Source of the DNA: Bdellovibrionales bacterium
Lineage (GTDB): Bacteria > Bdellovibrionota > Bdellovibrionia > Bdellovibrionales > UBA1609
DNA length: 64,000 nucleotides
Direction: 5' to 3'
NCBI GenBank assembly: GCA_965203095.1
Contig: OZ241877.1
Coordinates: 1,088,001 to 1,152,000 of the forward strand
The position numbers and the translations under genes are program-made. The notes beneath the pieces were generated by a model that was given only the letters and a program-made list of their open reading frames with translations, made no database searches and was not told the DNA's origin. How positions within the stretch are numbered: position 1 is the stretch's first letter; the number at the start of each line of letters is the position of its first letter. Positions 9,483 through 19,092 of this stretch are shown piece by piece.

Positions 9483-10763
9483 ATGCGTCAAGAACCTGAT
9501 GAGTTATTAAGTAATTTCTTTTACAGAAACACTATCGATTCTATTGAAAGAGCGGGAAAAGTCATAGATGTAGACCTCAATGTTATCGCTCGACTGAGGT
9601 ATCCTCGCCGGGCTATTCGAGTGTCTATACCTGTCCGAATGGACGATCACAGCATTCAGGTTTTCAGAGGCTACAGAGTCCAGCACAATCACACATTAGG
9701 GCCTTTTAAAGGCGGTATTCGCTATCACCCTTCTGTGAGCTTAGGGGAAGTTGCGGCTTTGGCCATTTTGATGACCTGTAAAAACTCCCTTCTCAATCTC
9801 CCCTTAGGCGGGGCTAAGGGAGGGGTTCAGGTTAACCCCAATCTATTATCTAAAATGGAGTTAGAAGCTTTAACCAGAAGATTTGCCACAGAGCTTGGGC
9901 CTTTTATAGGGCCGGATAAGGATATTCCTGCCCCCGATGTGGGCACAAATTCTGAAACTATGGCCTGGATGTTAGACACCTTCTCCTTAGAGACCGGCTT
10001 TTCCCAAACGGGGGTGGTGACTGGCAAACCTGTAGAGATTGGAGGTTCCCGTGGTAGAAATTCCTCTACCGGTTTAGGTGTGGTTTATATTTCTAAACAG
10101 GCTTTAGAAAGCCAAAATAAAGAAATATCCACAGCCACTTTCGCCATTCAGGGTTTTGGTAAGGTGGGCTCTCATGTGGGTATAGAAGCCCATGCTATGG
10201 GGGCAAAAATTGTGGCTGTGAGCGATGTTCAAGGAGGAATTTACAATTCCAATGGCATCAATATCAGTGAGCTTTTCCGCTATCTCAGGAAAAATCGCTT
10301 TGTCCAGGGCTTTCCTAAAACAGAAAATATCTCCAACGAGCAATTGTTGGAGTTGGATGTGGATGTGCTTTGCCCTTGTGCTTTAGAGCATGTGATTCAT
10401 GAAAAAAATGTTCAGCAGATTCAAGCCAAAATCATTGTGGAAGGGGCTAACGGCCCTTTAACTCCAGAAGCCTCAGATGAACTTTCACAAAGAGATATTT
10501 TAGTTGTCCCTGATATTTTGGCCAATGGTGGAGGGGCCGCAGTTAGCTATTTTGAGTGGGTTCAGGATATCAGCTGGCTTTTTTGGACAGAGCAGGAAGT
10601 TCGTCAAAAATTAAGGGAGATTATGACCAATGCTTTTGCAAGAGTTTGGAATTTCACTAAAAAATACCAATCTAAAAAGGACAAAAACAATTTAAGGCTT
10701 TCTGCCATAGCCATTTCCCTTTTGCGGTTAGAAAAAGCTATGAGGCTTAGAGGGCAAATTTGA
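9483..10763 (+). CDS. gdhA: Glutamate dehydrogenase (Glu/Leu/Phe/Val family)
   Basis: GPFKGGIRYHP, LGGAKGG, DIPAPDVGT, QGFGKVG, EGANGP, PDILANGGG. Confidence 0.95.
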   Translation: MRQEPDELLSNFFYRNTIDSIERAGKVIDVDLNVIARLRYPRRAIRVSIPVRMDDHSIQVFRGYRVQHNHTLGPFKGGIRYHPSVSLGEVAALAILMTCKNSLLNLPLGGAKGGVQVNPNLLSKMELEALTRRFATELGPFIGPDKDIPAPDVGTNSETMAWMLDTFSLETGFSQTGVVTGKPVEIGGSRGRNSSTGLGVVYISKQALESQNKEISTATFAIQGFGKVGSHVGIEAHAMGAKIVAVSDVQGGIYNSNGINISELFRYLRKNRFVQGFPKTENISNEQLLELDVDVLCPCALEHVIHEKNVQQIQAKIIVEGANGPLTPEASDELSQRDILVVPDILANGGGAAVSYFEWVQDISWLFWTEQEVRQKLREIMTNAFARVWNFTKKYQSKKDKNNLRLSAIAISLLRLEKAMRLRGQI

Positions 10764-10814
10764 GAGAACCAGAAGGCGAGTTTTGCCCTCCGGCCCGCTT
10801 GACTTTTTTAAACG

Positions 10815-11960
10815 ATGGGCCGGTGGCTACTAATGATTGAGAAGGGGAATTATTTCCGGCCCTGGCTGTTCCTGCCAGCACATTGGACCTATTCCCTCAG
10901 TCCTTGGGCCTTAAAAGTTTACCGCCAGATCCGCCCCACAAGCTCTTGTTTGTGGCGATCCTTTAGCTGGAGGGGGATGGACTTTTCTAACCCTTTGGGC
11001 ACAGCAGGAGGTGTGGATAAAAACGCACTTAATATTCAGGATTGGCAAAGTTTAGGGGCCGGCTTTGTGGAGATTGGCACAGTCACTCCTGAGCCTCAAA
11101 AGCCCAACCCGGGGGAAATTTTAGATCGAAGTTTAAGGCACAAATCCCTTTGGAACAATATGGGTTCTCCTAACAAAGGCTTGAACTTTGTCCGGCAAAG
11201 GCTTTCCCTTTTGCCTTCTCATAGTGGTTTAGCCAAAAACTTTCCTATAGAGATAAAAAATCCTGCCCCATCTTTGGGAAAAGATGTTTTGCCTCAAACT
11301 GAACCTAAGGTGGATAAGCCTATAGCACAAAATGGGAATTTTAATGCGAAAACGAAAAATCCTATTCCTATTTTTATAAACATTGGCAAAAACAGGGAGA
11401 CTCCAATTTCTCAAGCGGTTGAGGATTATAAAAAATCCTTAAAGGCTTTGCAAACCTTTGCCTCTGCTTTTGTGATCAATATCAGTAGCCCTAACACAGA
11501 GGGCTTAAGAGATCTTTTTGACAAAAAAACTCTTCCTCAATTTTTAAAATCTATTAAAGGGGCTATGCAGGATTTAAATTTGAATACTCCTTTAATTTTA
11601 AAAATCAGTCCAGATGAAACAGATTTTCTTCGTATTGTGGATCAGTCCATAGAGGCGGGAGTGGATGGCTGGTCTGTTTGCAACAGCACAAGTGAGAGGA
11701 AAATTCCAGGGCTTTTCCCTAAAAAAGGCGGAATTTCCGGAAAGCTTTTAGCCAATAAGTCCCTATCTCTTTTAAAACAGCTGAAAAAGCATTTGAGCAG
11801 GAACAGAGCTGTTGGCTTAGTGATATCTTGTGGCGGAGTTTTAACAGCTGAAGATGCGTTAGAGAGGTTGGAGGAGGGAGCGGACTTGGTTCAAGTCTAT
11901 TCTGCTTTGGTTTTTGAGGGGCCGGGCTTTTTTCGATCTGTTTTTAAAAAACTTTCTTAA
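10815..11960 (+). CDS. pyrD: Quinone-dependent dihydroorotate dehydrogenase (class 2) with internal insertion
   Basis: NPLGTAGGVDKN, EIGTVTP, INIGKN, INISSPNT, LKISPD, GGISG, VQVYSALVFEGP. Confidence 0.9.
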   Translation: MGRWLLMIEKGNYFRPWLFLPAHWTYSLSPWALKVYRQIRPTSSCLWRSFSWRGMDFSNPLGTAGGVDKNALNIQDWQSLGAGFVEIGTVTPEPQKPNPGEILDRSLRHKSLWNNMGSPNKGLNFVRQRLSLLPSHSGLAKNFPIEIKNPAPSLGKDVLPQTEPKVDKPIAQNGNFNAKTKNPIPIFINIGKNRETPISQAVEDYKKSLKALQTFASAFVINISSPNTEGLRDLFDKKTLPQFLKSIKGAMQDLNLNTPLILKISPDETDFLRIVDQSIEAGVDGWSVCNSTSERKIPGLFPKKGGISGKLLANKSLSLLKQLKKHLSRNRAVGLVISCGGVLTAEDALERLEEGADLVQVYSALVFEGPGFFRSVFKKLS

Positions 11961-11996
11961 GCCCCCCTTCCCTCTCTTTGACGGAATCTTTTTTTA

Positions 11997-12211
11997 GGGG
12001 TATGTCGTCTGCTTGTCGTCTGCTTGTCGTCTGCCAGAATACTACCGATTATGTCCTTCCGTTCTTGAAGAAAGCCTATAAAATCAATGCTTTCAGGGGG
12101 TATGTCGTCTGCCTGTCGTCTGCCAGAATACTGCTGGTTATGAACCCAATCACTTACAAAAAGCCTATAAAATCAATGCTTTCAGGGGGTATGTCGTCTG
12201 CCTGTCGTCTG
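11997..12211. repeat. Direct-repeat array: ~62-bp repeats with two 27-bp variable spacers and an internal 11-bp TGTCGTCTGCY sub-repeat
   Basis: 12071-12122 is identical to 12160-12211; spacers at 12044-12070 and 12133-12159; unit length 89 bp. Confidence 0.9.
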
Positions 12212-12397
12212 ATCTTTTTATGTTTTTGATCAATTCTTTGGACAAAAAGGCCCGAAACAGCTTAAAGGCTATTCCTATCTAAGTTATTATGACATCTCTA
12301 AGATAAGAATTGTTTATCTTTGGTCTATAAATACTGGTAAAGGTTAAAAAATGGGTTTTTACACAAAAACAGTCTTATTGGAAAATTTTATAAAAGA

Positions 12398-13747
12398 GTG
12401 GGAACGAGAACAGAAAAAATGACCTCAGGAGAAAAACAAGCACTGGAATTAAAATGTCCTGGTCTTGATTTTTCAAGTTTTGATTATAAAGGAAAAATAA
12501 AAGCTTCTTTAGTTTTAGATTTTGCCAAGTTTTTAAAAAATAGTAACGAGGACTGGGTAAAGTTATCCGCAAGCAATGTTTTGTCTAAACTGAATATAAG
12601 AGATAAAAATGTTTCAGGCATTTTATTTGGAGACTTTTCTTTTAGAGTTGCACATTATAATCAAGAATCTGAACTTACAGATCAGGATGAAAAAGAAGGT
12701 TTATATTCTTTATTAAAAGAGGATTTTATCCAACATATTCAGTCATGGACAAGAACTAAAGCGATCAGTTTAGTTCCTGGTTCTTTATCTATTACAGAGG
12801 AAAAACCCTATCCTGATTCTGTTTTAAGAGAAGTCCTTGTTAATGCTGTTGCTCATTCTGCTTTTGAAAAACAAGAAAGAAAAATAACAGTGGAATTGTA
12901 TCGGAATAGGATTAGAGTCTCAAATCACTGTTCAGCTAAAGCCACAGCTTTTATAAATAAAAAGTTTTCTCAAGGTCATTTTTCTTATAATCCTTTTTTA
13001 ATGAAAATTTTAAGGAAAGCTAATTTTTCTGATGAGTTTGGAACAGGAAAAAATAAAATTTTTAAATATATGATTGAGAGCGGAAGAAGAGAACCCCTCT
13101 TTGAGTATCAGAAAATATCAGATGATTATGGTATATGGTCCGTCACTATATATAATGAACAACCAAATAAAAATTTTTTAACACTCCTTAAAAAGCTTAA
13201 AAAAATATATGAAAGTAATACAGATAAATATAAAATTTCAGCGGCCTTAGTATTATGGAGAGATAAAACTCTGGAAGAAATTTTTAATTACATAGACGAG
13301 TATCATAAAAAGCTTATTCATGAGATTCTTTCTGATAAAAATTCTCCTTTTTTATTAACAACTGAATACTCACAAAAAAATAAGAAAAAACCAGTGGCAA
13401 GAATCCTTTTAAAGAGGTGGGTAAAAGTTCAATTAGAGGGTCAGGAGTCAAAAGTGTTTTCAAAAGCAGAAGAAAATAAATTTAAAAAAATATTACAGAA
13501 CTATGCTTATGAAGAAAATCGAGGTGGTTATATAACCAACAAAGAAGCAAGACATCTTTTTGGTTTATCTAATAGTCAGTCAGAAATAGTGCAATTATCA
13601 AAATTATTTCAACAATGGGAGAAAACCGGTTTTATAGAAAAAGGAAAGAGAAGAAGAGATTGGAAAATCAAGAAAAAACCAAAATCATCAGAGCTTTCAA
13701 TTAAAGATTTATTTGAATACTATTTAAAAAAAGAAGAAAAAAAATAA
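12398..13747 (+). CDS. HATPase_c_4 / RecG-C-terminal-like ATP-binding protein, probably lacking its N-terminal AlbA_2 (Schlafen) domain
   Basis: YPDSVLREVLVNAVAH, NPFLMKIL, EFGTGKNKI motifs and a C-terminal wHTH-like segment; N-terminus is short with a weak start. Confidence 0.65.
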   Translation: MGTRTEKMTSGEKQALELKCPGLDFSSFDYKGKIKASLVLDFAKFLKNSNEDWVKLSASNVLSKLNIRDKNVSGILFGDFSFRVAHYNQESELTDQDEKEGLYSLLKEDFIQHIQSWTRTKAISLVPGSLSITEEKPYPDSVLREVLVNAVAHSAFEKQERKITVELYRNRIRVSNHCSAKATAFINKKFSQGHFSYNPFLMKILRKANFSDEFGTGKNKIFKYMIESGRREPLFEYQKISDDYGIWSVTIYNEQPNKNFLTLLKKLKKIYESNTDKYKISAALVLWRDKTLEEIFNYIDEYHKKLIHEILSDKNSPFLLTTEYSQKNKKKPVARILLKRWVKVQLEGQESKVFSKAEENKFKKILQNYAYEENRGGYITNKEARHLFGLSNSQSEIVQLSKLFQQWEKTGFIEKGKRRRDWKIKKKPKSSELSIKDLFEYYLKKEEKK

Positions 13748-13791
13748 CATTAAAAAATATAGATTTATCTTCATCAGGGCTTCTTAGACTT

Positions 13792-14134
13792 TAGTCTATG
13801 ACTGATCACCTGTCAAAAATCTCTACAATTTTCTCAGAGTTTGTCCAAAAGTCCCTCCAGACTTCTTAGCTCCCGTGAAAACGAGAATCCAGAAGAGTCT
13901 GCACTCGCGAAAGCAGGGGGCCTTCCCGCAAAGCCTGTTAAAAAGCCCTGTAGACTTTTTCGGCTTGCCCCCGGCAAGTTTGCCAAAAAGCTCCCCAAGC
14001 TTTTTAGCTCCCGCGAAAGCGGGAATCCAGATGGCCTCTCACGAAGCAAGTCATTCCCGTGAAAACGGGAATCCAGAAGAGTTTGCACTCGCGAAAAATT
14101 TGCTTATACTATAAATTATTTTCACGGACGACTA
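13792..14134. repeat. dRS3-like palindromic / MITE-like repeat element, copy 2 (longest)
   Basis: Perfect ATTCCC-N8-GGGAAT at 14053-14072, CTCCCGCGAAAGCGGGAATCCAG at ~14009, a further degenerate copy at ~13870; ends TAGTC...TTTTCACGGACGACTA. Confidence 0.85.
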
Positions 14135-14171
14135 TTTAATTTTAGGCTGAACCAGCCGATAAGATTCATAT

Positions 14172-14936
14172 ATGGAAACAACTAAGAATATTGAGTATTT
14201 TGTCCATCATAGAAGCAAACAAAGGATCCGGGACTTTGGGGAAGTTTGGACTCCTGCAAAATATGTCCATCAACTGCTGGATATGTTGAACAAATCTATT
14301 TGGACGGACACTAACACTATTTTTTTTGAGCCTACCTGCGGGCATGGCAATTTTGTTTCAGCTATAGTTAAAAGGCGGTTAAATGCTCTTTTAGGCAAAG
14401 CAAAAAAGCAGAAAATTAAAAAGCCTCATTTTTATTCTGTAGCAAACACTTTAAATAATCTTTGGGCTATAGATATTGAATATAGGAACATAGAATCTTG
14501 CAGAGGCAGAGTGCAATCTCTTGTTTTTGATTTTCTGTGGGAGCAGGAAAAAAACAAAAGCTCTTTAAATGAGTTTATAACAGAAAATAAAAGTTTTTTA
14601 GCTCATGCTTTATCTTGTATTGAGTGGCAAATACATAAAAACGAAGTTCTTTCTTGTTTGGAAACAGATATTTTGAAGGCTACGGAGGTGTCTGATAAAA
14701 CAGCTGTCAGCAGAAAATGGTTTAAAAGGAATGGGCATCATCCGATAGATTTTAATAAAACTTGGTTATGGCATTTTTCTGCTTGCAAAAAGAAAAATAC
14801 TATTCCTATTGAATACACAAAAAACTTTAAAATTGTAAGCTTATTAACTAAAAAGAGAGAAAAAATTCAAAAACATAAATCAACTGTTGAGGAGTTTGGC
14901 TTTACAAACTTTAGTTTTAAAGCCAAAGTCGCATGA
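14172..14936 (+). CDS. Amino-methyltransferase-like subunit carrying only the SAM-binding half
   Basis: RSKQRIRDFGEVWTP, FEPTCGHGNF (motif I), WAIDI (motif II); no NPPY/DPPY found. Confidence 0.7.
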   Translation: METTKNIEYFVHHRSKQRIRDFGEVWTPAKYVHQLLDMLNKSIWTDTNTIFFEPTCGHGNFVSAIVKRRLNALLGKAKKQKIKKPHFYSVANTLNNLWAIDIEYRNIESCRGRVQSLVFDFLWEQEKNKSSLNEFITENKSFLAHALSCIEWQIHKNEVLSCLETDILKATEVSDKTAVSRKWFKRNGHHPIDFNKTWLWHFSACKKKNTIPIEYTKNFKIVSLLTKKREKIQKHKSTVEEFGFTNFSFKAKVA

Positions 14937-14987
14937 AGAGAGAATTGATAAAAATTATAATATTGAAAGAAAAGGAGGGAAAGTTTT

Positions 14988-16448
14988 ATGTCAGCACAGT
15001 TAAAGCTCAATAATGTAAATACTCATGTTGTGGATATTTTAAGTAGTGTCCAAGGGCGAGATCAGCCTGTGATGAAAATGGATAAAGCTGTGGAATTAGT
15101 GAGCTGTCTTGATAAGGAGATTTTTACAAATAATGATTATGTGTTTTTTAATCCTTTTTGCAAAGCTGGAGAAATTTTATTGGCTACAGCTCTTGTTTCA
15201 ATACTGTATAAGTCTAAAAAAAAACTTGCAGATTTGTCTGCTGTTTGTAGAGAAATGTATGAAAGTGATAGATATTTTGCTCTGGCCCCGGATGAAAGGC
15301 ATTACAAGCTCAGCATTAGAACTTTTTATGGAAATGAAAAATCTCACAATAAACATTGGATCAAAAATATTAAAAACGGCAACTACTTGTCAGAAATTGA
15401 CGGAAGGCTTAACAAAGAACAATTTAACAGGAGGCTGAGGACCATGTTAGAATATATAAAAGAAAAAACTGGAAACAAAAAAATTATTGCTATAGGCAAC
15501 CCCCCTTATCAAGAAAATTATAAAGAAACAAATAGCAATACAGGAGCAAATCCTATTTATCATTTTCTTTTAGAATCTCTTATTGAGAGCAAGCGAATTG
15601 ATCAGTTTGTAATGATTATTCCTTCCAGATGGTTTGCTGGAGGTAGAGGCAAATCTCTCAGAAATTTTGCCTCAAAATTAAGAAAATCCAATCAGATAAG
15701 ACAAATATACGATTTTGAAAATTCTAAAGATATTTTTCCAACAGTAGAAATAAAAGGAGGTGTATGTTTTTTACATTGGTCTAAAAATTATAATGGGACA
15801 ACTCTATTTTATAACAGTGCAAGAGACGAAAAGGATAAGTTAAATTTATCTAAAAACAACCTTATAATAAGAGATAAGCTCTCCAGATCTATCGTCCAAA
15901 AAATAAATAAAAAAAGTATGAAATATATTTCAGAAATAGCATGGTCATGGAATCCTTTTGGTTTGTCCAGCAACTACTTTGATAAAAACTCGGAATGTCA
16001 AAAAGGAGACTTAATAGACTGTTTTACAAAAAGAAGGATAAAAAGAAAAATTGATCAATCAAAAATAAATAAAAATAAAGACAAAATAGGAACTTATAAA
16101 ATAGCTTGTCCAAAAGCCATAAAAACAGGAGGAGTGCCCTATAGAAAAGATCAGATTTTTATAATGAATCCAAAAGAGATATGCACAGAAACTTATATGG
16201 TAATTAATAGTTTTAGATCACAAAATGAGGCTAAGAGTTTTTTAAGATATTTAGCTACTGATTTTGTGAGATTTTTAGTCAGTGTGAAAAAAATCACACA
16301 AGACATTACAAAAGAAACATGGTCATTAGTCCCCTATTTTGGAAAAATAAATAAAAATTGGACTGATGAAAAGTTATTTAGATATTTCAACCTCAATAAA
16401 GAAGAACAAAAATATATTAAAAAACAAAATAAAAAATGGGCTACTTAA
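14988..16448 (+). CDS. Eco57I-like adenine methyltransferase with target-recognition domain
   Basis: IGNPPYQE (motif IV), IIPSRWFAGGRG, IFPTVEIKGGVC, CTETY; degenerate motif I (FNPFCKAGEILL); strong RBS AGGAGG. Confidence 0.75.
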   Translation: MSAQLKLNNVNTHVVDILSSVQGRDQPVMKMDKAVELVSCLDKEIFTNNDYVFFNPFCKAGEILLATALVSILYKSKKKLADLSAVCREMYESDRYFALAPDERHYKLSIRTFYGNEKSHNKHWIKNIKNGNYLSEIDGRLNKEQFNRRLRTMLEYIKEKTGNKKIIAIGNPPYQENYKETNSNTGANPIYHFLLESLIESKRIDQFVMIIPSRWFAGGRGKSLRNFASKLRKSNQIRQIYDFENSKDIFPTVEIKGGVCFLHWSKNYNGTTLFYNSARDEKDKLNLSKNNLIIRDKLSRSIVQKINKKSMKYISEIAWSWNPFGLSSNYFDKNSECQKGDLIDCFTKRRIKRKIDQSKINKNKDKIGTYKIACPKAIKTGGVPYRKDQIFIMNPKEICTETYMVINSFRSQNEAKSFLRYLATDFVRFLVSVKKITQDITKETWSLVPYFGKINKNWTDEKLFRYFNLNKEEQKYIKKQNKKWAT

Positions 16449-16521
16449 ATAAAACTTTTGACTTAAAAAATCTGTTCAAGTTAATCAGATTGTAGCATAT
16501 AAACTATGGAGGTAAGCAGTT

Positions 16522-18939
16522 ATGAAAGAATATGAAAATTTATTTTGGGAGTTATTTAAAGCTAATGGAGAGCAAGAAATTAAAGTTATAGAACAAAACA
16601 ATAGCTTACTTCAAAATCCTGATAATTGGTCGCCTTATGGAGGGGATGATACCAACTTTTCAGTTTTTGATAATCAACAGCCGAATCCTGTTTCTGCATT
16701 GATAGAAAAAATAACAAATTCTATTGATTCTATTTTGCTTAAAAAGTGCAAGCTCAAAGACATTGATCCAACAACTATAAATGCTCCTCAGTCTATGAAC
16801 AAAGCTTTAGAACAATTTTTTGATATAAAAAATGGAGAATTAGGTGAAATAACATCTAAAGAGAGAACAGAACTGTCTAAAAGCATCCAACTTATCGCAA
16901 CAGGAGAAGAAAAAAAACCTGATCTCTTGATTTTTGACAACGGTGAAGGGCAACATCCAGAGAATTTTCCTAATACTTTCTTATCTATTAAAAGAGGAAA
17001 TAAAAATAGAATTTATTTTGTTCAAGGTCAGTTTAATATGGGATCAACAGGTGCTGTTGTATTTTGTGGAGATTATAAGTATCAGCTTATAGCTTCAAAA
17101 CAAAATCAAACAATATTTCAAAAAGAAAATAAATATAATAAAAATTCTACAGGATTTACCTTAGTAAGGAGGCATAAGCTCACTGAAATTGAGGAGAGAG
17201 AAAAAAGATATAAGTATAGTTGGTATGAGTATTTTTCAATCAAAGGGAAAATACCCTCATTTGATACAAATGATCTTGATATCGGTTTATGTGATAATAT
17301 AAAATTTAAAACAGGTGCAATAGTAAAGCTTTTTTCTTATAAATTGCCAAGAGGTTGTATGGGCACCATCCATGATGGTCTTTATCATGAGTTAAACCAG
17401 TCTCTTTATAAACCTGCTTTACCTTTTTTGTTAAGCGATAAAAGAGAAAAATATATCTATAAAAAAGGAATTGACAAGTTAACAGTTGCTGGCAATGATA
17501 TACGACTAAGGGATAAAAAAAATATTCTTGAGGAAGATTCATTTTATGCAAATTTTAAACATCAAGATATTGGTTCTGTGAAGATAAAAGCCATCTTGTT
17601 AAAAAAAGGCTCAGACAAAAAACAACAAGATAATAGAAAAAGACGCTTTATTGGGAAAAAATCAATTGTTTTTACTATAAATGGACAAGTTCATGCTTTT
17701 TACGGAAGCACTGAAATTAAAAACTGGGGATTCAATTATTTAAAAGATAGCCTTTTAATTCATGTTGATTGCACAAACATAAGAGTAAATTTCAGACAGG
17801 ATCTGTTTAAAGCCGATAGGTATTCTTTTAAAGAAACTCAAAAGTTAGATAAATTGATAGGTAAAATAAAAGATGCATTAAAGTCCAATTCAGGACTGAG
17901 GGAGGCAAATGAGAATAGAAAAAATCAATTATTAAAGGGAGCGGATGACACAAATTCGAACAATATAATAAAGAATATGCTTTCAAAAAACCCAGCTAAA
18001 AAAGAACTTATAAATTTACTTAAAAATTATGGAAACTTACTTGGAGGAAAAAATAATAACTCAAAAGCACAATCTAAAAGAAAAAAAGAAAAAAAACCTA
18101 TTTCATCCAAAAGATTCCCTTCAATATTTAAAATCAACTTGAAAGAAAAAAACGGAGAAAGAGTCAAGGGTATCCCGCTTGGAGGAAAGGGTATTATTGA
18201 GTTTGAAACTGATGTTCAAAATGATTACTTTCAAAGGCCAAATGAACAAGGAGAGTTGATATTGGAAATTCTGGGATATAATTCCAATTCATCAGAGCAT
18301 CCGAATCCTCAGCCAAGCCCTAATAAAGTGGAGGAACTTTTTAATACAACTATTGTAGGTCCTGATGATCATTCTATAAAGATCACTTTGGAACCAACTC
18401 AAAAATTAAATGTTGGAGATAAAATTCAATTAAATGCAAAATTATCTTCACCAGAGGGAGATATGGAAGCTATTTTTTATGTCAAAATTAAGAAAAAAGG
18501 AGAGACTAAAACAAAAAAAGCTAAAGAATCTCAAAAATTTAATCCTCCTCCGTTGATAAAAATTTCAAAAAAAGACGATAAATGGGTAAAAAATAAAGAT
18601 GAAGACTGGAATGTGGATGATTGGGACGATAGTAGCATCATACATATAATCACAGCAGAAAATAAGATAGATGCCATAGCTATTAACATGTCAGCTAATA
18701 TACTTAAAAAATATATTTCATCAAAAAAAGTTAAGGATGAAAAAACTTTGGAAGCTTTTAAGAGTAAATATATTTCTCAAATCTATTTGCATGGCTTGTT
18801 TTTATTTCATTCTATAGAAAAAAATAAAAAAGACAATGACGAGGATAGTGAGAGTCATGTATCCAAAATTTTTAAAAGCTATGGAGAGGCTTTGCTTTAT
18901 TTGGATCTCAACGAAGAGTTATTAAAATTTATTGAATAA
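16522..18939 (+). CDS. GHKL (MORC/Hsp90-like) ATPase domain protein, 805 aa
   Basis: Bergerat-fold motifs ALIEKITNSIDS (N box), FDNGEGQ (G1), GQFNMGSTG (G2); RBS GGAGG. Confidence 0.7.
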   Translation: MKEYENLFWELFKANGEQEIKVIEQNNSLLQNPDNWSPYGGDDTNFSVFDNQQPNPVSALIEKITNSIDSILLKKCKLKDIDPTTINAPQSMNKALEQFFDIKNGELGEITSKERTELSKSIQLIATGEEKKPDLLIFDNGEGQHPENFPNTFLSIKRGNKNRIYFVQGQFNMGSTGAVVFCGDYKYQLIASKQNQTIFQKENKYNKNSTGFTLVRRHKLTEIEEREKRYKYSWYEYFSIKGKIPSFDTNDLDIGLCDNIKFKTGAIVKLFSYKLPRGCMGTIHDGLYHELNQSLYKPALPFLLSDKREKYIYKKGIDKLTVAGNDIRLRDKKNILEEDSFYANFKHQDIGSVKIKAILLKKGSDKKQQDNRKRRFIGKKSIVFTINGQVHAFYGSTEIKNWGFNYLKDSLLIHVDCTNIRVNFRQDLFKADRYSFKETQKLDKLIGKIKDALKSNSGLREANENRKNQLLKGADDTNSNNIIKNMLSKNPAKKELINLLKNYGNLLGGKNNNSKAQSKRKKEKKPISSKRFPSIFKINLKEKNGERVKGIPLGGKGIIEFETDVQNDYFQRPNEQGELILEILGYNSNSSEHPNPQPSPNKVEELFNTTIVGPDDHSIKITLEPTQKLNVGDKIQLNAKLSSPEGDMEAIFYVKIKKKGETKTKKAKESQKFNPPPLIKISKKDDKWVKNKDEDWNVDDWDDSSIIHIITAENKIDAIAINMSANILKKYISSKKVKDEKTLEAFKSKYISQIYLHGLFLFHSIEKNKKDNDEDSESHVSKIFKSYGEALLYLDLNEELLKFIE

Positions 18940-19092
18940 GGACAAAAATGCTTAAAATTGGATCTTTATTTTTATATCAGAGAGAGGCTTAACGAGGGAA
19001 GAGTTTGTCTAAATTGGTTGCTAAAACATTGTTGTTAGAGAGAAGATTTGAGGATTTTATTTTTAATTTAAAATAAATATAAGGGAAGTATA

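Noticed and set aside
11997..12211. CRISPR array
   Set aside because: Repeat (~62 bp) is too long and non-palindromic, there are only two spacers with partial mutual similarity, and no cas gene is in the window; kept as an unexplained array
11978..12229. 83-aa ORF as a real gene
   Set aside because: It is only a translation of the repeat array, with a TTG start and no RBS
13834..14114. Three overlapping short ORFs (also 3872-4225 and 46114-46362)
   Set aside because: They lie within the palindromic repeat elements and show no protein features
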